Shown piece after piece: positions 53,946 to 63,543 of a stretch of DNA of 64,000 nt. The first letter of the stretch is position 1. Every line of letters starts with the position of its first letter. The DNA comes from an uncultured Rhodobacteraceae bacterium (GTDB lineage Bacteria; Pseudomonadota; Alphaproteobacteria; Rhodobacterales; Rhodobacteraceae), in the NCBI GenBank assembly GCA_947502145.1, contig CANMYO010000006.1, positions 11,476 through 75,475 on the forward strand. The letters are read 5' to 3'. The notes beneath the pieces were generated by a model that was given only the letters and a program-made list of their open reading frames with translations, searched no databases and had not been told where the DNA came from. A program made the position numbers and the translations under genes.

Positions 53946-54887
53946 TCAGGGTGAGATAACGGCGTCAGCACCCAGCAGTTCACTGAATTCGCTAGTTACA
54001 AGCCTGGAGGACCAGCCGATGACAACCAATTGGGGCAATAAGTCTTCCCCTTCTGGAACTGTCGTCAAATCCACATGCCGGCCAACCAATTGGATACGAC
54101 AGCCCAATGGCTGAGGGTCATCGACCCTTAGGGAGCCTTTGGCGCGCAAGCAGGTATCTTTCATAAGGTCGATTACCGCATCCAGCCGGGTTTTTGAAAG
54201 CGGCGGGACGTTCTTGAAAGCGGCGGTGGTGAACCGAGAGTTCACGTCGTGGCGAGATACTTGCCCGACATTCTCCCATGGTGATCTCGAATGAAGCGCC
54301 AAGGCATCGGCCCAGGACAATTCTGCTTGCGAGGTGGTCCTGCGACGGGCGTTTGGTGCGCTTCTGGCCAAGAGTTGGGCGATCTCTTCAATGCGGGATT
54401 TTGGAACCAGGTCGCTTTTGTTGATCAGGATCAGGTCGCTTGCTGCGGCATGGTCGATCAGGTCTTCGGAGTCTGCATAGTCCAGACCGCCGAATTGCGC
54501 GGCATCCATCACATAGATGCGGCATTGCAGATGCGCTTGTCCTGCCTGCTGTAGGGTCTGCAGCGTTGCGGACAATGCTTTGGGGTCGGCAACACCGCTG
54601 GCCTCAATGGCAAAGAGGTCCGGGCGGTCATTCTCACAGAATGTGACCATGGCACGGAGCAGATCATCGTTGAGGCTGCAGCATACACACCCGTTGGACA
54701 GGGCGATGCGATCCTCTTCTACGGTTTCGATCAGGTCGTGGTCGATGTTGATCGCACCAAAATCATTGACGAAGACCACCACGCGCTTCCCGTCTGCTTG
54801 AGTCAGGAGATGATTGACCAGCGTTGTCTTCCCGGCCCCCAGAAAGCCGCCGATTGTGAGGGTGGGGACTGAGTTAGATGCGGGCAT
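53946..54887 (-). CDS. CobW/G3E-family metallochaperone GTPase
   Basis: Start MPASNSVPTL (54887). GGFLGAGKTTLVNHLL (P-loop), CVCCSL (CxCC) and LINKSDL (NKxD). Overlaps the amidohydrolase 3' end by 14 nt. Confidence 0.8.
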   Translation of the reverse strand: MPASNSVPTLTIGGFLGAGKTTLVNHLLTQADGKRVVVFVNDFGAINIDHDLIETVEEDRIALSNGCVCCSLNDDLLRAMVTFCENDRPDLFAIEASGVADPKALSATLQTLQQAGQAHLQCRIYVMDAAQFGGLDYADSEDLIDHAAASDLILINKSDLVPKSRIEEIAQLLARSAPNARRRTTSQAELSWADALALHSRSPWENVGQVSRHDVNSRFTTAAFKNVPPLSKTRLDAVIDLMKDTCLRAKGSLRVDDPQPLGCRIQLVGRHVDLTTVPEGEDLLPQLVVIGWSSRLVTSEFSELLGADAVISP

Positions 54888-56505
54888 TGGTCCAGACTTT
54901 CTTACCAGCGAGCCAAGTCTGCTGAATCTCGATTGTTCGCAAGGCATCGGCAGCGACATTCAGTGGGTTTTCAGCCAGAATGACAAAATCCGCATGTTTG
55001 CCGGGTGTGATTGAGCCGAGAACGTTTTCTTTCTTAATCTGGTAGGCTGCGTCGATGGTGATGGCTTTCAGGGCATCCATAGCTTGCATGCGCTGGCCGG
55101 GTCCAACGCACCGACCGTCTGCCGCGCGCCGTGTCATCGCGGCTTGCATAAGTTCCAAGCACGACGGATCGGTCATGGGTGTGTCCGCGTGGAGAGAAAT
55201 GCGCATGCCCGCCTGCGCAGCACCACCTGCTGGCACGTAATGCGCCGCGCGTTCGGGGCCGAAGAGGACATCCTCAATAGGGCCGCCCCAATGGGTTATG
55301 TGGTTAATGAAGAAACTGCCGATCACTCCCAGCTCCAAGCAGCGGGTGATCTGATCATCGCGCATCAGGGCGCAGTGCTCCAACCGGAACCGGTGATCAG
55401 GGCGAGGCTGTTCGGCCAGAACCGTCTCGAGCAGGTCGAGAACCATGTCGATTGTGCGGTCCCCTTGCGTGTGGATCGTCATTTGCCAGCCTTGGCCAAC
55501 ATAGTTGCGCACCATGGCTTCAAAGAACTCCATGGGATAGTTCACCCCGCCCGTGTGCCCAGACCCAAGGCCCATGCGCGCCCGCGTGATGTCGTTTTCC
55601 AAATAGGGTTCGGTCAACCAGATATTGCCAATGAAGGGCGAGCCATCCGCGTGAATCTTGACGCCAGCCATCCAAAGGCGGTCCGGCCCGATATTCATGT
55701 CTTCCACCGCCATGTCAGGCGTAACGGCTTGCTGGTAGGCGGCGATGCGCGGCATGGGCCAGCCTTGTTTCAGAGCGGCGTCATAATACGCGCGGTAGAA
55801 CGGTAAATAGAGGTGTTCGGTTGTCGTGGTGATCCCGTTGGCAATGAAATCATCTATCGTGGCTTTGAACTCGGCATTCAGACGATCATCGCCCCAAGCT
55901 TCATAAAAGGTCTCGAGCGCTTTCCAGGTGATGGCTTCAGCGATCTTGCCGTTAGGCCTGCCGCTGGGGTCACGTTCGATCACCGAGCCTGTGGGGGTGG
56001 GCGTGTCGGCTGCAATCCCGCAAGCCGCAAATCCCGCAGAGTTCATATAAAGCGCGTGACAGTTCGAGGTCTGCACACCCAGCGGGTTATCGGGGGCAAT
56101 CTGATCGAGCCAGTCGCGTGTCAGCGCCTGAAACCCGTCATGCAACTGCGCGTCGAGCCCAAAGAACAGGAGATGCTCACCGGGTGTGGCTGCTGCAACG
56201 CGGCGTTCGATTTTGGCCAGAACGGCGTCAAAGGTGGGCACCGTTTCGGCCCGGATATCAACGACGGGCGCACCGCGCGTCTTGGCGGCCCAGAGCGGAT
56301 GGGAATGCGCGTCGATGAATCCAGGCAGCAGAACTGCGCCGTTTAAATCGACGCGTTCGGTGTTTTCGTCAGCCATTGCTTCGGCGTCGCTCAGGCGTCC
56401 GACGTGCACAATCGTGCCGTCATCAACAAATACCGCGTCCGCGCTTGGCCTCTCAGGATCGACGGTTACGATTTCACCACCAAAGAAGAGCGTGCTTGCG
56501 CTCAT
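54874..56505 (-). CDS. Amidohydrolase-3 family metal-dependent hydrolase
   Basis: 543 aa. N-terminal GFIDAHSHP (HxH), C-terminal GSITPGKHADFVIL. Confidence 0.8.
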   Translation of the reverse strand: MSASTLFFGGEIVTVDPERPSADAVFVDDGTIVHVGRLSDAEAMADENTERVDLNGAVLLPGFIDAHSHPLWAAKTRGAPVVDIRAETVPTFDAVLAKIERRVAAATPGEHLLFFGLDAQLHDGFQALTRDWLDQIAPDNPLGVQTSNCHALYMNSAGFAACGIAADTPTPTGSVIERDPSGRPNGKIAEAITWKALETFYEAWGDDRLNAEFKATIDDFIANGITTTTEHLYLPFYRAYYDAALKQGWPMPRIAAYQQAVTPDMAVEDMNIGPDRLWMAGVKIHADGSPFIGNIWLTEPYLENDITRARMGLGSGHTGGVNYPMEFFEAMVRNYVGQGWQMTIHTQGDRTIDMVLDLLETVLAEQPRPDHRFRLEHCALMRDDQITRCLELGVIGSFFINHITHWGGPIEDVLFGPERAAHYVPAGGAAQAGMRISLHADTPMTDPSCLELMQAAMTRRAADGRCVGPGQRMQAMDALKAITIDAAYQIKKENVLGSITPGKHADFVILAENPLNVAADALRTIEIQQTWLAGKKVWTNARI

Positions 56506-56837
56506 TCGCCTGCGACCGCGTATGTGTCGGTCATTTGCCCTGCACGCGCTTGGGCCTGCATGAACTCATCATTGGAAAACAAAGGGACAATTTTGTGATG
56601 TTTCGACATGCCACTGGCATCCGCCAGCATCATATTGGCCGCGACCGCAGCCATATCGGGCAGCTCATAGATAAACATCATGTCGAACTCACCGCAGGTG
56701 CCATAGGCGTGCAACAGTTTGCCACCCATGGCCCCAACCGCTTTGCGGGACACCTCTGCTCGATCACTCGGGCTTTGGATCATTTCGGCTTTCTTATCGT
56801 TCTCGTACTTGATGAACATGGCGACTGTGACGGTCAT
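56502..56837 (-). CDS. GYD-domain protein
   Basis: 111 aa. MFIKYENDKKAEMIQSPSDR ... GGKLLHAYGTCGEFDMMFIYELPD follows the GYD family pattern. 4-nt overlap with the amidohydrolase start. Confidence 0.65.
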   Translation of the reverse strand: MTVTVAMFIKYENDKKAEMIQSPSDRAEVSRKAVGAMGGKLLHAYGTCGEFDMMFIYELPDMAAVAANMMLADASGMSKHHKIVPLFSNDEFMQAQARAGQMTDTYAVAGE

Positions 56838-56841
56838 GGGT

Positions 56842-58356
56842 TTACCTCCGTTTGCCTTGAATAATGCGGTCCAGGATCATTGCGCAGAACAAGATCGCGA
56901 GACCGGCGAGAATGCCTTGGCCCTCAGAGGCGTATTGCAGCGCTTCCAACACGTCCTCGCCCAAGCCCTTGGCACCGATAAGTGAGGCGATCACCACCAT
57001 AGCGAGGCTGAGAAGAATGGTCTGGTTGATCCCGGCCATGATCGACGGCATGGCCAAGGGGATATCCACCTTCCACAGCAGGTAGCGTTTGTTTGCCCCA
57101 AAGGCCATTGCGGCTTCGCGCACGCTTTCTGGGACGCCGCGTAAGCCGAGAACAGTCAAACGCACCACAGGCGATCCACCAAAGATCATGGTTGCGATGA
57201 CAGCAGCAGGCTTGCCCGTGCCAAAGAACGCGATGATGGGTATGAGATAAACGAAGGCAGGCATCGTCTGCATGAAGTCCAGGATCGGTCTCACAACCGA
57301 GTACAGACGCGGCGTTCGTGCACAGGCGATCCCAAGGGGAATACCCAGCGATATGGAAATGCATGCGGCGGTGCCAAGCAGGGCCAGCGTCTGCATGCTC
57401 TTGTCCCAGAACCCGAGATACCCAAGATAGGCCAAACCCGCGCCCGTGAAGATCGCGGCACGCCACCCCGCGCTAAGCCCGGTCAGAAGCAGTATGAAGC
57501 CGCACATCACCGGCCACGGGGTTTCGACAAAGATCGTCTCAAGCGTGTCGAGGACGGAGCGAATACCGTAAACAAGGCCGTCAAAGAACCATTCAGACTT
57601 AAGGGAGGCATTGGTGATCCAATCCTTGATTGCCTGTGCGACCCCGGACTGGACAGACGGATCAGCCGGGAAACCTTGCAGTGCAGGCACGACATCGGGA
57701 AAGCCGAATTTGAGCGAACACGTCACATAGGTGATGATCGTCAGGGTGGCGGCCAAGCCCGTCTTGGGCCAGCTCAACCCGTGTCCCAGTGTCCGGTCGG
57801 ACAGCCATTTGGAATAACGCGCTTGTAGGGCCGGATTGGCCAGCACGGCTTGGATTGACTTGATAACAAGCAAAGCCACGATACCCGATAAGATCAGGGT
57901 CAGCGCTTGTGCATTCGCTGCTGCAGCATCAGCTTTGATGCCTTCGATGGCACCCTCAAGAGAGGTGATCGTGTTTTCAAATCCGGCCACACGATCCGGC
58001 GCGTTTTCCTTGGCATCCGCCAGCTGCTCGTAGCGCCGGGCCAAAGTCGTCTCGATGCCGGGCAATCGCGCCAGGATAGGTGCACCCAGATCACCCCAAA
58101 TGCCGCGAGCAAGTTGCACGACAGCCAGCGTTTCAAGTGCTACAAATGGCAAGAAGAGGCTCCAAAGGCTCCGCATGCCGAACCAGATGGACCCCAAAAG
58201 GAACGCCGCCCAGTTCCATGTGAAGGAAAAGCCGCGTTTGTCGCCAATGGCCTGAAACTGACCTGCGTAGTAGATCTCGTTCGCTGTCACGAATGTTTCA
58301 ACATCTGAGCCGGTTTTGTCAGCCCCAGCCGGTATATGATCTGCCACTGCGCTCAT
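56842..58356 (-). CDS. Glycine-betaine/proline-type ABC transporter permease (ProW-like, extended N-terminus)
   Basis: 504 aa, multi-TM. The C-terminal half carries the BPD permease loop (VRLTVLGLRGVPESVREAAMAFGA). Confidence 0.75.
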   Translation of the reverse strand: MSAVADHIPAGADKTGSDVETFVTANEIYYAGQFQAIGDKRGFSFTWNWAAFLLGSIWFGMRSLWSLFLPFVALETLAVVQLARGIWGDLGAPILARLPGIETTLARRYEQLADAKENAPDRVAGFENTITSLEGAIEGIKADAAAANAQALTLILSGIVALLVIKSIQAVLANPALQARYSKWLSDRTLGHGLSWPKTGLAATLTIITYVTCSLKFGFPDVVPALQGFPADPSVQSGVAQAIKDWITNASLKSEWFFDGLVYGIRSVLDTLETIFVETPWPVMCGFILLLTGLSAGWRAAIFTGAGLAYLGYLGFWDKSMQTLALLGTAACISISLGIPLGIACARTPRLYSVVRPILDFMQTMPAFVYLIPIIAFFGTGKPAAVIATMIFGGSPVVRLTVLGLRGVPESVREAAMAFGANKRYLLWKVDIPLAMPSIMAGINQTILLSLAMVVIASLIGAKGLGEDVLEALQYASEGQGILAGLAILFCAMILDRIIQGKRR

Positions 58357-59435
58357 GAATCTTCTGTCCCCAGGATCACCCCGTTCAGGATGTCGTTCTT
58401 TGTAATGACCCCATCAGTGCCGAGGTCTTCGTCTTTCACTAGGATTGGTCCGGTGCTGTCTGCGGCTTTCACGATCACTTGCCGCAAGGTATCGTTGCCA
58501 GAGACAACGGCTTCATTGCCGGACAATGAACCGTGCTCCGCCTCGAACTCGGCCCTTGGTCTGGCCAGCGAGTGCGCCCGGATCAGGTTGATGCGAGATA
58601 TGCCACCCACAAAATCCATCACGTAATCATCAGCGGGGTTCATGATGATCTCTTCGGGTGTGCCGGTTTGGACAATCACGCCGTCCTTCATGATGGCGAT
58701 GCGGTCGCCGATGCGGACGGCTTCCTCCAGATCATGCGTGATAAACAGCGTCGTTTTGTTCATTTGTGAGGCCAGTCGCATGAACTCTTCCTGCAACTGC
58801 CGACGGATCAGCGGGTCAAGCGCACTGAATGGCTCATCCATCAGCAGGACTTCTGCATCTGCGGCAATCGCGCGGGCGAGGCCAACGCGTTGCTGCATCC
58901 CGCCCGACAGCTCGTGAGCGAATTTGTCTTTCCACTCTGAGAGATCAACGAGAGCCAGTGCGTCTTCTGCGGCCTTCCAGCGGGCATTCTGTGAGTACCC
59001 ACGGATTTCAAGCGGCATGGCCACGTTGTCGCGCACCGAGCGGTGCGGCATCAGGCCGAAATTCTGGAACACCATCGCGATATGTTCATTGCGAACCTTG
59101 AGGAGGTCTTGATCGTTCAGGGCCATAATGTCAGTGCCGTTGACGGTGACCGATCCGGCAGTAGGCGTGAGAAGACGGTTTACATGACGGACCAGTGTCG
59201 ACTTACCGCTGCCCGACAGCCCCATGATGCAAAATATCTCGCCTTTGTGGACCTGAAAGCTGGCGTCGGCGACGCCAACCACACAGTTGAATTCCTCGAG
59301 CACCTCAGGCTTGGTCAGACCGCGTGTACGGATCGCCTCCATTGCGTCATCCTGTCGAGCACCGAAAATCTTCCATACCCCCTGCAAGTCGATGACCGCA
59401 TCGCCTGCTTTGCTATTGTTAAGTATGCCGTCCAC
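58353..59435 (-). CDS. Glycine-betaine/proline-type ABC transporter ATPase (ProV-like, C-terminal CBS pair)
   Basis: 360 aa. GLSGSGKST, LSGGMQQRVGLARA and LLMDEPFSALD, then a CBS-like tail. Confidence 0.85.
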   Translation of the reverse strand: MDGILNNSKAGDAVIDLQGVWKIFGARQDDAMEAIRTRGLTKPEVLEEFNCVVGVADASFQVHKGEIFCIMGLSGSGKSTLVRHVNRLLTPTAGSVTVNGTDIMALNDQDLLKVRNEHIAMVFQNFGLMPHRSVRDNVAMPLEIRGYSQNARWKAAEDALALVDLSEWKDKFAHELSGGMQQRVGLARAIAADAEVLLMDEPFSALDPLIRRQLQEEFMRLASQMNKTTLFITHDLEEAVRIGDRIAIMKDGVIVQTGTPEEIIMNPADDYVMDFVGGISRINLIRAHSLARPRAEFEAEHGSLSGNEAVVSGNDTLRQVIVKAADSTGPILVKDEDLGTDGVITKNDILNGVILGTEDS

Positions 59436-59553
59436 GGGGCCTCCTCCACCGCGCAGTTTGCTCGGCGATAGTTTTTATCATGTTTTGCAGAAGTCCGGAT
59501 TGCCGCCGCCGACAGGGAGAATGAGTTGGCGGCAACCCGGGATCAATCGAGGA

Positions 59554-60522
59554 TCAGTTTAGGCCAAGCCATCCATCGACGATATCTGAGTTTGCCTCGA
59601 CCCACTCGCGCGCAACTTCTTCGCTCGAACGCTGTTTCACGACGATTTCATGGGTGAAATTGTTCACTGTTTCAGTATCCATGTCGATATTCGCCAGGAA
59701 GGACGCAACAGTTGGTGTGCGTGTCTCAAGCGAACGAGAGTAACCGACGTGAATGGTCTTGGGTTCGTCAGCAGTTTCGACACGCGAGTTCTCGAACCAG
59801 TTGGCATCCTCTGCGGGTTGCTTCATGTCGTAATTCGCCGGGTCATATTCTGGCTCTTCCAGGCGCACCATATCGAACACAAACCAGTTATAGTGCGGCG
59901 CGTAGCAATAGAATGCATAGCCTTCACCCTTGTTCAGAGCATCTGAGATCGACGCCGTTGCCACTTCTTCTTCTGCCTCAATTGGAGAGAAGAAGTTGGT
60001 GATACCATAGTCGCGGACCTTTACCGAATTGATCTTGGTAGACGCCCAACCCGGCGCGCCGACCCAAATGTCGCCCATGCCATCGCCATCGCGATCCATA
60101 AGTGCAGCGACTTCTGGCGTTGCGAGATCGAACACAGTCGTGATGTTGTTGGCCTCAGCAAACTCGCGTGGGGCGCAGAAGGCCGAGAACCCTTCATAGC
60201 TTCCGCCGCTCAGTGCGACCGTGCCATTGGCATCGACATATTCGTCAGTAAAGTTGGATTGGTTTGGCAGCCATACATCAGGATGGACATCAATCTCGCC
60301 TTTGCCCCGGTCCATGCCTGCAAATATGACGGCGTTGGTTCCGGGAACAAGTTCGGCTTGTCCTCCCAGCTTGTCTTCCACGATCACCTTGATGAGGCCG
60401 GCCATAGCGCGGCCACTTGCCCAGTTTGGTTCTGCGATACGAACCAGCTCCTGAGCATAGGCACCGACGGCTGTGGTCAATGCGAGTGTCGTTGAGATTG
60501 CAAGTGTCTTGAATGGTCGCAT
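59554..60522 (-). CDS. Glycine-betaine-type ABC substrate-binding protein
   Basis: 322 aa with signal peptide (LAISTTLALTTAVGAYA). First gene of the binding protein/ATPase/permease operon. Confidence 0.7.
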   Translation of the reverse strand: MRPFKTLAISTTLALTTAVGAYAQELVRIAEPNWASGRAMAGLIKVIVEDKLGGQAELVPGTNAVIFAGMDRGKGEIDVHPDVWLPNQSNFTDEYVDANGTVALSGGSYEGFSAFCAPREFAEANNITTVFDLATPEVAALMDRDGDGMGDIWVGAPGWASTKINSVKVRDYGITNFFSPIEAEEEVATASISDALNKGEGYAFYCYAPHYNWFVFDMVRLEEPEYDPANYDMKQPAEDANWFENSRVETADEPKTIHVGYSRSLETRTPTVASFLANIDMDTETVNNFTHEIVVKQRSSEEVAREWVEANSDIVDGWLGLN

Positions 60523-60551
60523 GTCGACCTCCCCATTTTCTGATTTTGTTG

Positions 60552-60618
60552 TGACATGTCAGCAAGTATTTAATAACATGTCAACATAGAAATGTCAGAT
60601 GCGCTTGCTAACATGTCA
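60552..60618. promoter_or_regulatory. Four ACATGTCA-type repeats in the divergent promoter region (candidate GntR/FCD operators)
   Basis: TGACATGTCA (60552-60561, a perfect palindrome), ACATGTCA (60576-60583), AAATGTCA (60590-60597) and ACATGTCA (60611-60618). Confidence 0.5.
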
Positions 60619-60667
60619 GATACTGCCATATGGTTGTTCAACGTTTGCACCGACACGTGAGATAGAG

Positions 60668-61348
60668 ATGCCCGACACAGCGACCGCGAAAATTACACCG
60701 ATGCCGTTGAAAGATGAGGCATTTCGAGACTTGGAACGTATGATCGTGAACGGAGAATTGGAGCCGGGCAGATGGGTGTCTGAAACCGACTTGGTTGAGG
60801 CATCCGGCCATACCCGCGCACCGATCCGCTCTGCGATACAAAGGCTCTCAGACGAGGGCTTGCTGAGAATCGTCGCCCGCCGAGGGGCGCAAGTCTGTCC
60901 AATCGACCATACCGAGCAGTTCAGATCGCTTGAACTTCGCCGCGCTGTGGAACGGCTGGTTGCGCGCTCGGCCGCTCAACGCGCAACCAATGCTCAAAAA
61001 GCAGAGTTGTTGGAGATCGCAGGCGGCTTCGAAGACGTCAGCGAAACCGGAAACCAAGTCGAAATGACGGAGTTGGATGCCAGAAGTTTTGCTGTCTTAG
61101 TCAGCGCAGCCGACAACCAATTCGCCGGAAGATCGTTGACCTCAGTGAAGGGCCTCTCACGACGGTTTTGGGTCCTCAATCAAGAGCGCTATGGCGACAT
61201 CAAACGGATGGCAAAGGCGCATGCCGATGTCGCAAAAGCTGTTGGGCAAGGTGATGCCGACCTCGCCGAGAATGCAGTGAATTCGCTGATCGACTACGTC
61301 GAGGAGTTTACCCTTGCAGTGGTTGGGTTTCGATCCCCAAAGTCATGA
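60668..61348 (+). CDS. GntR family (FCD subfamily) transcriptional regulator
   Basis: Start MPDTATAKI (60668). wHTH (RWVSETDLVEASGHTRAPIRSAIQRLSDEGLL) and an all-helical FCD-like C-terminus. Confidence 0.8.
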   Translation: MPDTATAKITPMPLKDEAFRDLERMIVNGELEPGRWVSETDLVEASGHTRAPIRSAIQRLSDEGLLRIVARRGAQVCPIDHTEQFRSLELRRAVERLVARSAAQRATNAQKAELLEIAGGFEDVSETGNQVEMTELDARSFAVLVSAADNQFAGRSLTSVKGLSRRFWVLNQERYGDIKRMAKAHADVAKAVGQGDADLAENAVNSLIDYVEEFTLAVVGFRSPKS

Positions 61349-61532
61349 ACATCGCTTAACTTTCGAGTCCTGTGCTTGGCTGTTTTCAATCATCTCCGAT
61401 CGGATGAAGGCAAAGCGATAGAAGCGGACATCAAAACAAATTCGCGGATGTCGGTTTAGTCCGCAGAGTGATCATCGTTTACTCGAGAATGAATGACCTC
61501 TTTCGGTGTGCCTGGCCTACTGAGAAAAAGCC

Positions 61533-61838
61533 TTAAGCTTCAGGGAAACCGTTGATGTCTGGATGATCTGGTAGAGCTGGTACCAAACACCAATGGCTCG
61601 GCCTGACAGGTTCGTAGTTGAATTGGCCCGGAGCAGTCAGGCGTAACGCATTGCAGAATATTTCAATCGCCCAAGTTTGTTCTTCTTCGACCCAAAACAG
61701 CTTGCCAAAGTGATCCGTTGTCACTTCGCCAGAGAGGTTTTGGATGCTGAAGTAGCCAACCACTCTATCAGATTGGAGTTCCTCGTGGGTCGGTACGCGG
61801 TCTTCAAACTTGATCCACGATGTAGTTGGATCATTCAT
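61533..61838 (-). CDS. Hypothetical protein (DUF551-like N-terminus)
   Basis: 101 aa. WIKFEDRVPTHEE resembles the W-I-x-V-x-D-x-L-P opening of DUF551. Starts 2 nt after the VirB6 gene's stop codon. Confidence 0.4.
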   Translation of the reverse strand: MNDPTTSWIKFEDRVPTHEELQSDRVVGYFSIQNLSGEVTTDHFGKLFWVEEEQTWAIEIFCNALRLTAPGQFNYEPVRPSHWCLVPALPDHPDINGFPEA

Positions 61839-61840
61839 TT

Positions 61841-62917
61841 CTATCGCCTCCCTAGTCTGCCTAACCTTGCCAACTGCGCCAACATTCGCGACCCCGTTCC
61901 TGTGGATGGATTATTCGCGGCGGGCGAGACTTGCGCCATGCCCGGTCGCTGAGGCATCTGTTGTGCCCCGAAGAATTGCCTTGCACGAAGAGCGGCGTAT
62001 TCTGCCCCAGTTGCTCCACCGACAAGGAAGCGATTGTAGGCCTGCTGGCTTCCCATGGCAGCGCGGGCGAAGCCATAGCTGCCAGCCAGTCCTCCCGACA
62101 ACGCCGGCATCATGATGTTTCCGGAGATTGCTCGTATGATAAACGGCGTTGCGATGATGAACCCCTTTGCCATCAGCACCATCATAAAAAACGGAATGAG
62201 GGCCCCGATGTTCGTAGCACCCTCGGGATCACCAAGCTCGCCGATGAGTGTTGAGGACACCCCCGTGATTGTCGCAAATACGCCTGCGACAACAATCGGG
62301 TAAATCGCAAAAGAAACCAAAGCGGATAGCCACCGGGCAAAGTAGTCCTTGGTGACATCAAAGAGTGTCAGAAAGATCATCACGGGCGCGATCCCGATCA
62401 GCAGGGCAATCATTAAGCGCGATGCCACTAGGATGAAGGCCGCGAGCCCGCCGAGTATCGAGAGCATCAATACCCCGACAATGTCGAGCATGGCGCCAGC
62501 CATCCAGTTGAGCTCTGATCCGGCGGCATTGAGGTATTCACCGAGTTCAGAAATCAGACGATCAAATTCTTCGGCGAAGGTGCCGGATGGGCCGGGGGCA
62601 CCACCGCCGACGGAGGCCACAAGCGCTCCGGCGATGCTGTCGATCCCGTTCAAAATGGCTGACGAGAGGGCGTTGAACTGCACCCAGTTGGTCGCGAATA
62701 TCCCGATGAGCCCGATTTTGACCGCAAGCCAAAAGGCGGTGCGCCCGTCCATGGCTTTGTATTGGTAGATCATGTTCAGGAAGACGAAGATCACGACCAG
62801 CGTCGTTCCTAGGACCAAAAGGGTACCGACTGTTGCTGCGACCGAGCCAAACTGCGTTTCGGCGGCGGTGTCGAGATAGCCTTGGGAGGTTTCAACGAAA
62901 TATGTGACAACGCTCAT
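61841..62917 (-). CDS. virB6: Type IV secretion protein VirB6/TrbL family
   Basis: 358 aa polytopic membrane protein with a Gly/Ala-rich hydrophilic C-terminal tail and TrbL/VirB6-like central region (LIGIAPVMIFLTLFDVTKDYFARWL). Confidence 0.7.
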   Translation of the reverse strand: MSVVTYFVETSQGYLDTAAETQFGSVAATVGTLLVLGTTLVVIFVFLNMIYQYKAMDGRTAFWLAVKIGLIGIFATNWVQFNALSSAILNGIDSIAGALVASVGGGAPGPSGTFAEEFDRLISELGEYLNAAGSELNWMAGAMLDIVGVLMLSILGGLAAFILVASRLMIALLIGIAPVMIFLTLFDVTKDYFARWLSALVSFAIYPIVVAGVFATITGVSSTLIGELGDPEGATNIGALIPFFMMVLMAKGFIIATPFIIRAISGNIMMPALSGGLAGSYGFARAAMGSQQAYNRFLVGGATGAEYAALRARQFFGAQQMPQRPGMAQVSPAANNPSTGTGSRMLAQLARLGRLGRR

Positions 62918-62929
62918 CTCTCAAAGACC

Positions 62930-63346
62930 TCACCAATTTCCAGAAGCTTCACAGATAGTCATAGCCTCGAGGCGTAGGTCGTTGGCGCGTCGGTTGTAGG
63001 TGTCTGAGGCTTCCAACATGTCCCACCGTTCCACATCCGCGTAGTTGTCATGGAACGTGCTTACGGCTTCATCCCAAGCCGGAAAGCGAATGGCGCAGGT
63101 GCACTTGCCTGTCGCTACGACCCTTTCCATGTTTTGTGCACGATAAATGTCTTGTACCAGAACACGCTGATAGGTTTCGCGGAGCGGGATCTGCTGCATC
63201 CACTCGGGTTCAAGCGGTCGATTTGGACAGATGTCGTAGTCTCGCTCCATGCTTGGGATGAGGTTGTTCTCCGCAAGAGAGGGTTGGGCAATCAAACCCA
63301 GCAACAGCGCAGTGACGATAGTTTGGGACCTGAAACGCATCATCAC
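62930..63346 (-). CDS. Exported hypothetical protein within the T4SS cluster
   Basis: 138 aa with signal peptide (TIVTALLLGLIAQPSLA) and four Cys. Confidence 0.5.
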   Translation of the reverse strand: MMMRFRSQTIVTALLLGLIAQPSLAENNLIPSMERDYDICPNRPLEPEWMQQIPLRETYQRVLVQDIYRAQNMERVVATGKCTCAIRFPAWDEAVSTFHDNYADVERWDMLEASDTYNRRANDLRLEAMTICEASGNW

Positions 63347-63543
63347 GCGGTCTTTGAAGGCTGTTCGCTTGTGATCTCACGCTTCAAAAACGCGGTATGC
63401 CCGATGTTGGCGAACTCAGAGCTGCTGATCGAAACAACGTCCCAGCCATCCGCGCCTTTGTCGTTGAGGGTGGCCTGCATCTCGATCAGCGCAGTCTTGT
63501 GAACCATTGGAAAGGAGAGGATTTCATATTCAAATGTCTTCAT
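63343..63543 (-). CDS. DUF4177-like small protein
   Basis: 66 aa. MKTFEYEIL ... LNDKGADGWDVVSI follows the DUF4177 pattern. 4-nt overlaps on both sides. Confidence 0.5.
   Translation of the reverse strand: MKTFEYEILSFPMVHKTALIEMQATLNDKGADGWDVVSISSSEFANIGHTAFLKREITSEQPSKTA

Noticed and set aside
55084-56346. 240-aa and 177-aa + strand ORFs
   Set aside because: Both lie antisense within the amidohydrolase gene. They are shadow ORFs with no motifs.
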